Shown: piece by piece, positions 1-10,954 of the stretch
Layout of the letters: every line of letters begins with the position of its first letter
Numbering within the stretch: the first letter of the stretch is position 1
Notes under the pieces: generated by a model
Databases searched by the model: none
Told to the model about the DNA's origin: nothing
What the model saw: the letters and a program-made list of their open reading frames with translations, nothing else
Translations under genes and position numbers: made by a program
Source: Epithemia pelagica
Lineage: Eukaryota > Protista > Bacillariophyta
Length of the DNA: 64,000 bases
NCBI GenBank assembly: GCA_946965045.2
Contig: OX337233.1
Coordinates: forward strand, 3,472,001 to 3,536,000
Direction: 5' to 3'

Positions 1-2606
1 CTTCGCTGTCTGTATCTGTTTTCAATGCCCTGTTACAGCATAAACAAGAATCTGGACAATATACAACGGTCGGTAGCAATCGATTTATATCTCTCTTGAA
101 AAGTTTGGAGTCAAGTAACACCTCCTTGGGTTCTAATCCCACCTTCGGGCACGGTATGAACAATATGTCACCATCCGTAGTCCACGTCTCTGAACACCCA
201 CCATCAGATAGATCGACGTTCTCCTGGTATTCGTATTTATCGGTACCACGTGAAAACCCCACTTCAACAGGATCGTCGTCGCTGTTGCCATCGAAATTGT
301 CAGGTCCCAACACCAAAGGAGAAATCGAATTGCCACCAACAGCATGCTCTAGTCCTCTCGAAAATTCATTATTGTACCGTATTTGATTACTCGAAAAACA
401 ATTGGATATCGTCATACTCTTGTCTATCTGACCTTCTTTCCGACCCGGGTTTGGTCGACTACTCATTATGTTTCCAAGCATTCTGATCACAATAGCTTGT
501 GGCATAGGCTTTGGAGTATCCTTCTTAGGTTCTGGCATTTTCACAATGCGATATCGCCACTTGTTACATTCCTTGTTTGTATCATGTGTTGTTTCATCTT
601 CTTCCACTAATGATGGGTCATAACATAGACTGACAGGCGGGGCACCTTTTGACGTATTGACCAGGTCCCATTTCCGTAGTACATGACGCGTCGTTCCTTC
701 CCAGTATTGGTCTGATCGATTATTTATTGGTTCGTAGATATGAAGTATCTTTTTGTCGATTTCGAAAGCCAATAAAGCTGGGTCGCTGACATTAGTTGCT
801 GTTGTCAAGGCAATGATCGCCAATATCAGTGTGTTCGGATCCTGTTGTCTCCATGATGACATAGGAATTTTCTTAGGAAATGGGTTCCTGTTTGCTTCAT
901 CAAATGTTACCTTGTCAACATATACTAGGTTCTGATGGTTGTGATGGACCATCAATTTCAAACAAGTATAGAAAGACTCAATCGGCATGCCCGTCCTTGA
1001 AGTGTTGTAGCAAAGATCTCTCCGACGATGTCTATGTGGGATATGCAAAACACGCGTTGTAGGGTCCTGGTCATTCATCAACCCACTGTAAGACATGCAT
1101 AGTGTGCACCTAAATAATGTCTTGATTTCGACATGCGTGTTGTCCTTCCCCATACTCTTAGCATACTGGGTTGCTAGCTTCATGGCCGACTTGATGTTCT
1201 CGTTGTTTCTGTTAGCTTGTTTTTCCGCGAACTTGTCTAAGTAACCGGCACCAATGTTGTCGATGGATTCATTCGAGTCCCATGAGTCTTTTCTTCTCTT
1301 CTGGTTTACTATAGGATCAAGAACGTGTGGAATTTCAATGAAAGGCGGTGGTACCACACCATCACCTGTCTCCTCATTTCCCTTGTTTATGGAAGCACAA
1401 CGTCTCTAAGACAAAGAGATCAATCATTTTTGAGATTGTCTAATCCTTCTCGATTCTTGGCAAGTCGCTCGAACATCTTACCTCGTTGTCTGCGGTTTTT
1501 TCATTGTCGTCGCTTATAATCTTCCTGACCTCTTCCACACGGTCTGATTTGAGGGCAACTTGGTTCGACGTTGTAATGGAAGTTGGTAGTACTTGTTCCT
1601 TTCTCTCGTCAGTAGGATCATTACCAGCGACGACCTTCTGTCTCTTTTTTGCTGGTGAGTCTGTACTCCGACGTTGCACGGCAATTTCTTTCGATTTCCT
1701 GGCAGACAGTACCTCTTGTTTTTCTATATAATGCAGTAGATCGTAGAACATACCGCCATCGTCTCCGTTTCTTCCATATTGTACCAAAGAATCTCTTTCT
1801 TCAAGGTACATCTTGAACCATGTGTCAGGCATCGTATACAACAGTGCTTTCTCCATTTGGATATTGGAAATCATGTCCATGTTCTCGTCCGATGTCGATT
1901 CTGAGATGAAACGGTGTATGGCCACCATATGTTCGATAACCCATGCGATTTTACCAACAGGTACGAGACGCGGTTTCCTGTAAAGGGAGGAATCATCTAG
2001 AAGGTATCGTTTCAATGCTTCTCCAATCCCACCGATCCCCTTGCGTGTCTTCTTAGAGACTAAGCCATGAGAGGAAAGAAATCTGATAATGGTTTGTCTC
2101 AGATTCTCAGCACTGTCTATCACTGTCGTCCCAAATGTCTGATTCCAAATATTGGAAACAGGACTGTAGAGAGTCTTTTTGAACAACAGTCGAGCAACCA
2201 TTGGAGTCAACTTGTCATCATCATCCATCTCGTTCTTAATTCTTGTGAAACAGAAAACGGAGTGACAGATGATATCTTGGAATGCAGGCGAATAACAGAT
2301 TGGTAGGAATATCTTCACATAATGGCCGTCATGTGGTACCTCCACTGTTGTCCATTTTCCTGATTTGTCTTGGAAAACACTTTCATACCAATTGAGGACA
2401 CTTTCGTATGTAATGGGCATAATACCGGTGTAGTGGGATTCCTCGCTTGTGTGTGTTTGAAGTGTATGATTGGTACCAGAAACAGTCATAGTCGACACGT
2501 CCTTTCTTTTGTTTCGCACTTCATCATTCATTGAAGAAGGGTCACCAGGATTCTTGGCGGTCGGTGGCTTTTTGTAGCGAGGGCCCTTGATGCGGTTGCC
2601 CGCCAT
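1..2606 (-). CDS. Spliced gene of unknown function (exon 1 2606-1482, intron 1481-1406, exon 2 1405 to beyond position 1), more than 840 aa, 3' end outside the window
   Basis: The 388-aa ORF has a phase-0 GTAAGA donor at 1481. A pyrimidine-rich TCTTTGTCTTAG acceptor ends at 1406. Manual translation of the next frame (RRCASINKGNEE...KTDTDSE) has no stop down to position 1, which is why the ORF track omits it. Confidence 0.7.
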
Positions 2607-2624
2607 TTTGTACTTGTCACGATG

Positions 2625-3311
2625 CGCTTTTTGTGTAGCGTCTTTGTTTCAACAACAACAACAACAAGGGTAGTCGAGGAAGCGCTTTAATTGTAGCGTC
2701 TTTGAGACAACCTTGTGTACTTGTCTAAACAGTAAAAAGTGTGCGCTGAATTGTGTAGCGTCTTTGGTTTGGTCCTGAACTTTGGTGGTAACAAAACAAC
2801 AACCAAATCGAAGGAATACACTACGATGCGCTTTATGTGTAGCGTCTTGTTCGTTGTGATCCAACAATCGGTGCCAGAATTTGCTACTCCAAAACCAGGG
2901 GTTGGTTGGTTGTCCAAGCAATCTCGCGACAAGAATAGAACAGAAGCAACTGGCTACCACCGTGTCACACTGCTTGCTTTGGGTCTGTTCTATTCAAGTC
3001 GGAGTATCACGAGGACAGGAGGGTTCTTGATAAACAATCTAACAGATAGCCCGAAACCGCTTTAATTGTAATAGCGTGATTGGAATGAAGGACAGAGCTA
3101 AGTGAAACAAGCAACAATCAGACAGATACCCCAAGCCGCTTTAATTGTAGCGTGATTGGAATGGCAGAGCTGTTAGGTTGGTGAAAGAAGTTGGATAGGT
3201 GAAAGGATTGAAAAGGGAATCTCGGCAGAGAGAAAGCAAGCAACAAAAAGGTGGCTGAAATGGAACCAAGAAACAATCAGACAGATGCCCCAAGCCGCTT
3301 TAATTGTAGCA
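2625..3311. promoter_or_regulatory. Array of seven CGCT-N8-AGCG palindromic motifs upstream of the minus-strand gene
   Basis: CGCT starts at 2625, 2683, 2744, 2829, 3058, 3137 and 3296. The spacer is 8 nt in five copies, 9 and 11 nt in the other two. The last copy ends AGCA. Confidence 0.55.
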
Positions 3312-3385
3312 TGATTGGAATGGCAGAGCTGTTAGGTTGATGAAAGAAGCTGGATAGATAATGGGATTGAACAGGGGAATCTCGA
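3114..3385 (+). repeat. Imperfect direct duplication of about 110 bp, period 159
   Basis: acaatcagacagat.ccccaagccgctttaattgtagc.tgattggaatggcagagctgttaggttg... occurs at 3114 and 3273. Confidence 0.85.
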
Positions 3386-4120
3386 TAGCGTTGGGTGATC
3401 GATTGCTGTTGTTGCTGCTAACTGTTGTTGTTTGTTGTGGTGTGTTGGGTGGAGGTGGAGGGAGATGAATGAGCATCGATTCTGGTGGTCGTTGATTGTT
3501 GAATGACTAGTATGCTAAGTTGTTTGGTTTTGTTCGATGGATCAGAGTGTCGAGTTGGTAATCCCCGCGGTTTGGGTGATTGGGAAGGAGGATCCATCTG
3601 AGACATTCTTTGGGACATCCATGTGCGTCAGTCTTTCTGGCAGCTGCTGTGTGATGTGGTGGGAGTGGAAATTCGTGATTCAAAGGTGAGGGGACAGACG
3701 CTTGCGCATGAGGGTTGCGTCATGCGCGTCTCGGGGGGGGGGGGGGGGGTCGAGCGCGCCAGATAGTTGTAGTGCGCATTATCGGAGTGTGGCGCGCATT
3801 ATTGGTGGTTTGATCGCGGGCTTGTGCGCATTAAAATTGTTGCATGCGCGTGATAGTCAGCTCGATCTCTAGAACTAGCTAGAGAAATGTGCATTGTTAG
3901 ACCTAGATTTGCAGATTTAGTTGGGAAAGCAGGATTATAGTTAAAAACTGCGCATATAAAAATAAACTGCGCATAAAAAATTTTAATTCAGCAAGATCTT
4001 CTTGCTATTTGGCAAGACTGTGGCAAAATCTTCGATGGCGAGCTCCGTGAATATCCGGACCGAACGCTCCATCTTCATCTCAAGCCTGATGCCCAGCCTG
4101 TCCATCATCGTCACTTTTCA

Positions 4121-5629
4121 GTGCCCCGCAATATACATGATACTTTCACGAAGGAGCTGTGGCGCTTCGTCGACATCGGTATCCTTGAGCGCGTCGGTTC
4201 TACCGAATGGGCTGCTCCTCACTTTGCCATTCCCAAAAAGGATGGTCGTATCCGAATGATTTCGGACTTTCGTTCTTTGAACGCCCAACTCTACCGTCGG
4301 GTCTACCCCTTTCCTCGTATCGAGGACATGCTCCGTAAACGGAAAGGCTACACGTATTCTACAAAGTTAGACATCTCCATGTGTTTTTACACATTCCGCC
4401 TCGATGAGGAATCCAGCAATCTTTGCGTCATTAAAACAGTCTCCTGACTTCTGTCAAGAGATTATGGAAGACGTCCTCAAGGACTTCAGCGACCATGTCG
4501 AAGTCTATATTGACGACATTGGCATCTTCTCCAATTCTTGGGAAGAACACGTGGACATCTTGTCCAAAGTTCTCCAACGTCTTCAAGACAAGAACTTCTC
4601 CATCAACCCTTCCAAATGTGAATGGGCCGTTAAAGAAACGGAATGGCTCGGCCATTGGCTCACGCCCACTGGGGTCAAGCCCTGGAAAAAGAAGATTTCT
4701 GCCATCTTGGCATTGGCTCCGCCAAAAACCATGAAAGAACTTCGTTCCTTCATTGGCATGATCAATTTCTATCGCCACATGTATCCGCAACGATCACATA
4801 TTCTTGCTCCCCTCACATCCATTACGGGTAACAAGACCCTCGTTTGGTCCCCGCAATGTCAACGTGCTTTCGAAAAAGCCAAGTCCATGCTCGCACATGA
4901 TGCCTTCCTTCGGTATCCCGACCATAACCTTCCCTTCCATGTCTATGTGGACGCCTCTGATTACCAGCTTGGTGCTGTAATCATGCAACAAGACGTTCCC
5001 GTCGCTGATTACTCTCGCAAGTTAAACCCTGCTCAACGCAACTACACTACTATGGAAAAGGAGTTACTCTCCATTGTCGAAACTCTTAAGGAGTTCCGCT
5101 CCATGCTTCTCGGCTGTGCCAAACTGCACGTCCATACGGACCATAAAAATCTTACTTACGCTACTCTCAACTCGCAACGGGTGCTCCGTTGGCGGTTGTT
5201 CCTCGAGGAGTATAACCTTATTTTTCACTATGTCCCTGGCCAGGACAATGTCATCGCCGACGCATTGTCGCGTCTCCCTCTCTCTGAAGAGGAGGAGAAG
5301 AGTGTCTCTCCGTCGTCGACCTCCTCTACGGATGCCTCGCCGCATCCACGATCGCTCTATGATCATAGCGGACAACACTCAGTGTTGCAAGTGCCTCATG
5401 GCCCTAATGATGACCCCCGCTCTCATCACTCGCGTGATCCTGACGCTTTCGAATCTCCCATCTTCATGGATGAGGATTTGATCGATGTCTACCTCAATCA
5501 TCCTCCCATCAACGCAAATCAACCATTGCCCGTCGATTACGCGACGATCCATCAACACCAACAGAACGATGCCGCTCTTGTGGCCAAGTTGACCGAACAA
5601 CCACAGAGATTCCGTCTCCAACCCTTCCC
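4121..5629 (+). pseudogene. Gypsy RT/RNase H, frameshifted
   Basis: ORFs 4121-4447 and 4404-5660. Motifs WAAPHFAIPKKDGRIRMISDFR, VYIDDI and TDHKNL are present. Confidence 0.9.
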
Positions 5630-6412
5630 TGTTAGAATTCTCACCGTCTATGGTGGTTAGATTCTACATCTCATCGATTCCCCATGTCACATAGCCTCGT
5701 GCTATCGCATCATGCCATCTAGCTTCGAGCTATGTTCCCTAGCTTCGCGCTATATCGACCTATATTTCTTTGCAAATCATGAAAAGTGAGAATGGATTGA
5801 CGAACTCACTCTCAAGACTAAACTGGGTCGTGCAGTATTACAACGGACGTAAATTTGGCCGTTGCTCGGACATTATACTAACGCCCTAAGCGTACGCGCC
5901 CGAAATCATCGAGCGCGCCCAAGCGACATCCGAGCGCTGTCGGCATCTATCCGACCCAACGGTCTAAGTATCCCAAGAACGACACACGATCACGCGAGAC
6001 CATATTTCCATTCCCACAATCTCCAAATTGTCAACAAGCTGCGCGCCATGAAAACAACTATGCCAACCCAAAGCAAGAGCTGTTGACCCTGTATATGTTA
6101 TCCGCCCACATATACATGTCATATACATCACATGAATCGACTCCAACTATTCCAAACCTGTTGCCGCCAAGAACCTATGACACATGACCCTTGGCAGGAC
6201 CGAACATTTCACGTAGACCTATCGTAGTAGTCAACACACAATCTAACAATATCACCATTTATCACATCTTCTTTTGTGTCCCGACTATCCTTCTGATAGA
6301 CTTCGACTTGCTTGCTTCTCTGACCCTGAGAAGCTTGTATCGGTTGGTGACCTACCTGATTGTCTGCTCTACCGAGCATCAATGTCCCTACGATTCAGAA
6401 AGAATTGTAACA
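5630..6412. mobile_element. Solo LTR (783 bp) of an unrelated family nested in the Gypsy pol
   Basis: Termini TGTTAGAATTCT...AGAATTGTAACA are inverted at 11/12 positions. A 5-bp TSD, TTCCC, is at 5625-5629 and 6413-6417. Removing the insert restores QPFPTENPQY as in the intact paralog. Confidence 0.9.
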
Positions 6413-7495
6413 TTCCCTACGGAAAACCCACAATACAACTTGATTTGTTATCGTCAGAATCCTAATGCCGCATGGCGTATTCGTATCCCAGACAGCCTCT
6501 TGGCCCATACCGTCAATTGGTATCACCTGTCCCTCAATCACTTGGGGTCTACACGTCTTCGCGAGACGATCTCTATGCACATGAGTCATCCTAATTTGGG
6601 TTTGTATTGTGAACAAGCCGTGGCTAGTTGTGCTACATGCCAACGCTCTAAAGTCATACATCGCCATTACGGTGAACTCCCTCCTCGCGAGGTCCGAGGC
6701 AATCCATGGGCTGACATCTCTGTCGACCTCATTGGGCCATGGAACGTTACCGTTCATGGGCAGAAATTAACATTTCAAGCCTTGACTATTATCGATAATG
6801 TCACTAACTTCTGCGAACTCATTCGCATCCATGATAAGACGGCACGTCACGTGGGTCTGCAATTGGAAAACGCGTGGCTCTCACGCTATCCACGTCCCGT
6901 TCGTTGCCTTTTTGATCAAGGCGGTGAATTTATTGGACATGCGTTCACGCAAGTGCTTCGAAACCATGGCATTAAGCCAGTGCCGTTGACGGCCAAGAAT
7001 CCTCAATCAAATGCTCTTTGCGAGCGACTACATTTGACTGTTGGCAACACTCTTCGTGTGATCACCAACTATGAACCACCACAAGATGCACAAAATGCTG
7101 CACTTGCCGTGGATACTGCTCTGCAGACTGCTGCGTATTCCACTCGCACTGCCATTCATGGCGCCTTGAAATATTCTCCCGGCAGCCTTGCGTTCCATCG
7201 CGACATGCTGTTCGACATCCCTATTATCGCGGACATGGAAACAGTCCGTCTGAAACGACAACAGATTGTCGATGAACACGCTCGTCTCGCAAATCGTTCT
7301 CGTGTCTTTCATGACTACGCTGTCAACGATCGTGTGTTGCTCCGCGCCACGAATCCGGACAAGCTTGAGCTCCGCACAAGCCCTAATCCCTTTCGGATTA
7401 CACAAGTCCATTCCAATGGCACTGTGACTATCCAACGTGGTCCCCACGTCACTGAACGAATCAACATTCGTCGCCTTGTTCCATTTCGTGAATAA
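6413..7495 (+). pseudogene. Gypsy integrase portion
   Basis: WYHLSLNHLG...CATCQ zinc motif, SVDLIGP, FDQGGEF and NALCERLH catalytic motifs, plus a C-terminal GPY/F-like tail. Confidence 0.92.
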
Positions 7496-7575
7496 ATGGG
7501 TTTTAATGCTGGCCGCCAAGCTTTCCCATTCTTGTCCGGCTCGAACTCCCTAGGTCCGACCAGGGAGAGGTAGAG

Positions 7576-7791
7576 TGCGGTACCCCTATATGGATCCCGC
7601 CATACGTGTCACCACGTTCCATTCCCGGTTCGCGTTCTTGACACTGCGACATGAATCTTCCGCCATCTGGCTGTTCCTCCTCCAGTCATTTCTCGTCGCA
7701 CGTGGCTGTGGATTCCTCATTCCCCCTAATTCCTCGTAAATTCCTAAAGATCACAATTTTTTATACCGTGCTATTTTACATGGGTATGGCA
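7576..7791 (+). repeat. 3' LTR of the truncated Gypsy (216 bp)
   Basis: TGCGGTACCC...GGGTATGGCA follows the PPT. It has the same termini as the LTRs at 43608 and 49115 but a diverged interior. Confidence 0.88.
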
Positions 7792-7974
7792 GGGTGTGCC
7801 TACTTGTGGCGATTTAACGACTACCGTTACACGACAAAGTGCTTGAGACGGGCATACGGTCAGACGGTCGTCAGAATGAATTTGCCCGAAAGAGACATCT
7901 ATCGACCCGTGTGGCTTGCCATTTGCCATTGTACAAGTATTGTATGATATCTAACGTGGACCCATTCTCTTCTC

Positions 7975-9432
7975 TTGTCCACAATGACGAGAATTAAGAG
8001 GAAGTACACGTCGACAAGCCCAACGTTGGGCGAGGGAATTCCCCGGCTGAAGAGACTCGTCTCGGAGACGGGCCCTTCCATCCCTACGGACGAGGAACAT
8101 GAGAAAGTTGCGTTTCGCGTGCGCGAGTTTGGGCTGTTAGGGCAGGAGACGTTCAGCGAAATCAAGGACTTTCGCACGAAGCTGGAGGTGATAGACGGGC
8201 GAATTACGTACGTCACAGAGAACGACATTGCTTTAACCGTTCGGAGCTTCGTTGCATCGATCGTCGATGCGCTTGGTCTAAGCGGCGATATCAAGGTCTA
8301 CACCGAGATTGGCGTGTTTAAGCTTCGTCCAGACTTGTGGGTCGTGACTCTTCATGCAATGCCTATCGGTGTCATTGAAGTAAAAAAACCAGACATTTTG
8401 GGAAACGAAACTGCTCTGGACCACCCAAACGTACTCGGAGAACTATACGACTTCATGAAGCACCTGCCCAACTTTTATGGCGTATCCCCTGCATTTGGAA
8501 TTGTAACGAATCTCAACGCGTGGCGTATCGCCTGGTTCCCAGACGCCGAAACGGACCGTTTTGCTGCGGAGGAAGAGGAGGTAGAAGAAGACCATGTCGA
8601 TGCGCTTATCTCGCAAGTTCCTAGTGATAGCGTACTGTCTATCGCCTCGCACCAAATCGATAATGATGGCAAGGATGACGATGTTGACGGCGATGATGTG
8701 AAGTGCACGGCCGACGAAAAACCCACCGATCGGGTATTGCATGTCTCAAGAATCTTTCACAAGAATGAAAACGATAGCGTCGCCGTCAAAGCTATTGCGG
8801 CTGCTCTTCTGAAAATGTCGAAAGCCGAAAGGCGGCCGTACGGCGATCCTTTTCAAGATCTTGACAAGCGCTCGTTACTGAAATTCGAGAAAGGAGACAA
8901 CGCGTCTGCGTTTTGGACTCGTCTGACGCTTACCAATGGTCCCCAATGGGACAGAGTAGCTAACCCCAAGAGATGGCTCATCGCAATAGATGACCTTGGA
9001 TATGGAGCCCACGGACGAGTTTGGTTGTGTTGCTCGAGCGGTGGCGCAGTCTGTGTGTTGAAGTTCGCACTCGATGGAAATGCGGCATCGCTAGATAAAG
9101 AAAAGGAAGTTTGGCAGAAAGTGTACCCTGCACAAATCAAAGTTCATCGGGAGAACTGGTGTGGTGAGCCCGCCCTTCGAATGCCACACTTTGCGAAAGT
9201 TGCGGAAGCCGACCGAAACGACTTTGTCCCACAGGTAAAGGCAACCTTAATGGCTAACTTTCACAACAGAGGCATTGTTCATAAAGATGTGTCTTGGAGA
9301 AACATTGGGCAGTACGTAACAATCGCTGGCACCCCGAAGGCCATAGTCTTTGACATGGGGAGTGTGAGAGATCTGCAAGACGGTGAGGGAGAAGAATGGG
9401 TAACGGAGGCCTGCGACAAATTGATAGAGTAA
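7975..9432 (+). CDS. PD-(D/E)xK restriction-endonuclease-fold domain fused to a protein-kinase-like domain (Crinkler/CR-effector-like architecture)
   Basis: RPDLWVV...IEVKKP in the N-terminal half. The C-terminal half has GYGAHG, VLKF, KEKEVW, HKDVSWRN and VFDMG kinase motifs. Confidence 0.7.
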   Translation: MSTMTRIKRKYTSTSPTLGEGIPRLKRLVSETGPSIPTDEEHEKVAFRVREFGLLGQETFSEIKDFRTKLEVIDGRITYVTENDIALTVRSFVASIVDALGLSGDIKVYTEIGVFKLRPDLWVVTLHAMPIGVIEVKKPDILGNETALDHPNVLGELYDFMKHLPNFYGVSPAFGIVTNLNAWRIAWFPDAETDRFAAEEEEVEEDHVDALISQVPSDSVLSIASHQIDNDGKDDDVDGDDVKCTADEKPTDRVLHVSRIFHKNENDSVAVKAIAAALLKMSKAERRPYGDPFQDLDKRSLLKFEKGDNASAFWTRLTLTNGPQWDRVANPKRWLIAIDDLGYGAHGRVWLCCSSGGAVCVLKFALDGNAASLDKEKEVWQKVYPAQIKVHRENWCGEPALRMPHFAKVAEADRNDFVPQVKATLMANFHNRGIVHKDVSWRNIGQYVTIAGTPKAIVFDMGSVRDLQDGEGEEWVTEACDKLIE

Positions 9433-10954
9433 CACGGACTTTGATTTCGGTACGATTCGGTTCAATATCCCAGTCACGTTCCCATTTCAGAGCAGTCACA
9501 AAACTTGATTGAGAGTATGTTGCATTCGGATCCCAAACAGCGACCGTCGTTGGAGTAAGTTGCCAATCATCCATTCTTGTTTCATCGTTGCATCCCACAG
9601 TCGGCGCCATTGATGGCGTTACAAGCACCACCGACCTGGACGTTTGACGATCGTAAGTTTCTTTAATAGCATGATCGGGTTGCTTCAGTTCCTCTCATCT
9701 CACCCGCTCTCCTTCTAGATGTTCGCCGATATTGTCGGATTCACTGCATGGAGTTCAGCCCGAGAGCCCAAACAAGTTTTTCTTTTATCGGAGACAATCT
9801 ATCAAGAGTTTGACCCCATGTGAGTACAACATGTATGCATAGGCCCTCACCTTCATGATATTTCAACAGCTCACACAGTTGGTGGATTTTGATCCAAAAT
9901 ATCCGGTTCCCTTCCATGTCAAGATTCAGGTTGGGTGTCGCGGCGAGATGGAATGGTCTTGAGACAGGAGTCTGTGTCTCTTTTGCTTTGCCTAGGGTAC
10001 TACCTAGTTACGACGGGGTTCAAGCGTCACGGTTTTGGAACCGAAGGGAAGGTCCCATCCGGAGATATGGCGTACACGATGACCAACAAACTTGTGCATG
10101 CTCCCTCGATGAGAGAGGCACAACCGAGACAGAGTCCAAAGGAACGGAAACGAGGATAGCCATGTTGTAGACGACTATAAAATACAGGTGCATGGATCAA
10201 AAAGTATCTAGTAGACCTATTGTCATTGTCGCTTCTCTCATAGACACCAAAAACCCTGAGCTGCAATATGAAGCAATGCCAGAGTTGGAACTCCAGGCAG
10301 CGTTGGATTTTGAAATAGAAATAGAAATGAGAAGGTCTATGCAACGGATCTAAAAGCTATACTATATAATATCGATTGCCACATAACTGGAAAAGGGGCC
10401 CCCTCTTTTTCTCTTCGTCTCTCCCCGAGACAGACTCCCACATTTTTGTCAAACACTCCACAAAAAAAAAAAAGCGACGCGTCTAGATGTCTATCATATG
10501 TAATAGACGATGGACTTGAAGTTTCACATGCTTTCCTCTCTAGACCACCCTTAATAGTCCCATCCATCCTTCTATTATCCATCCTTCTATTATTCGAAAA
10601 AGGTTGTTGATTGAACATCCATCGTGGCCAAAGTGCACCAGCATTAAGAAATTGGAGTTTGTGTTTTGACGAATCAATCACGCATATCTCGTTTGTGTTT
10701 GCTACGTTTGAGAGAGTGAAGAAAAGCCAAACACACCCGAACGAGAAATCACTGCTTGCCATCACGACAGTCACATCTATTTACAAAACCAAGTATAAAG
10801 ACCTTAGACTCTACCTCTGCGATTGACACACCCACTCTCCCCCAGACTTGTGAACTTTCTCCTCTCTCCATTGATTTTCATTGAACGAAACCATTACAGA
10901 ATGAAGGCTTTGGGTGTGACTCCAAAACCAGTTGGAAAGGACGACACACTCTAA

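Larger units (their letters stand above)
3988..7791 (+). mobile_element. 5'-truncated, inactivated Ty3/Gypsy LTR retrotransposon (RT-RNaseH-integrase, PPT, 3' LTR)
   Basis: The translation aligns by eye to the intact pol at 43889-49027 from QDLLAIWQ onward. [12 protein letters not shown] and HHCC/DDE integrase motifs are present. A deletion near 4435 removes the PFGKFRYRRLPMG motif and shifts frame. A solo LTR is inserted at 5630. PPT cagggagaggtagag lies at 7561-7575. Confidence 0.93.

Noticed and set aside
2574-3311. Regularly spaced short repeats resembling a CRISPR array
   Set aside because: The repeats are short and degenerate, the spacing is irregular, the context is eukaryotic and no cas genes are present.
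7028-7519. Many antisense ORFs of 60-290 aa overlapping pol, kelch, transposase and rimO genes (also for example 11000-11875, 46262-46981)
   Set aside because: They are shadow frames of real coding sequence with no recognisable motifs.
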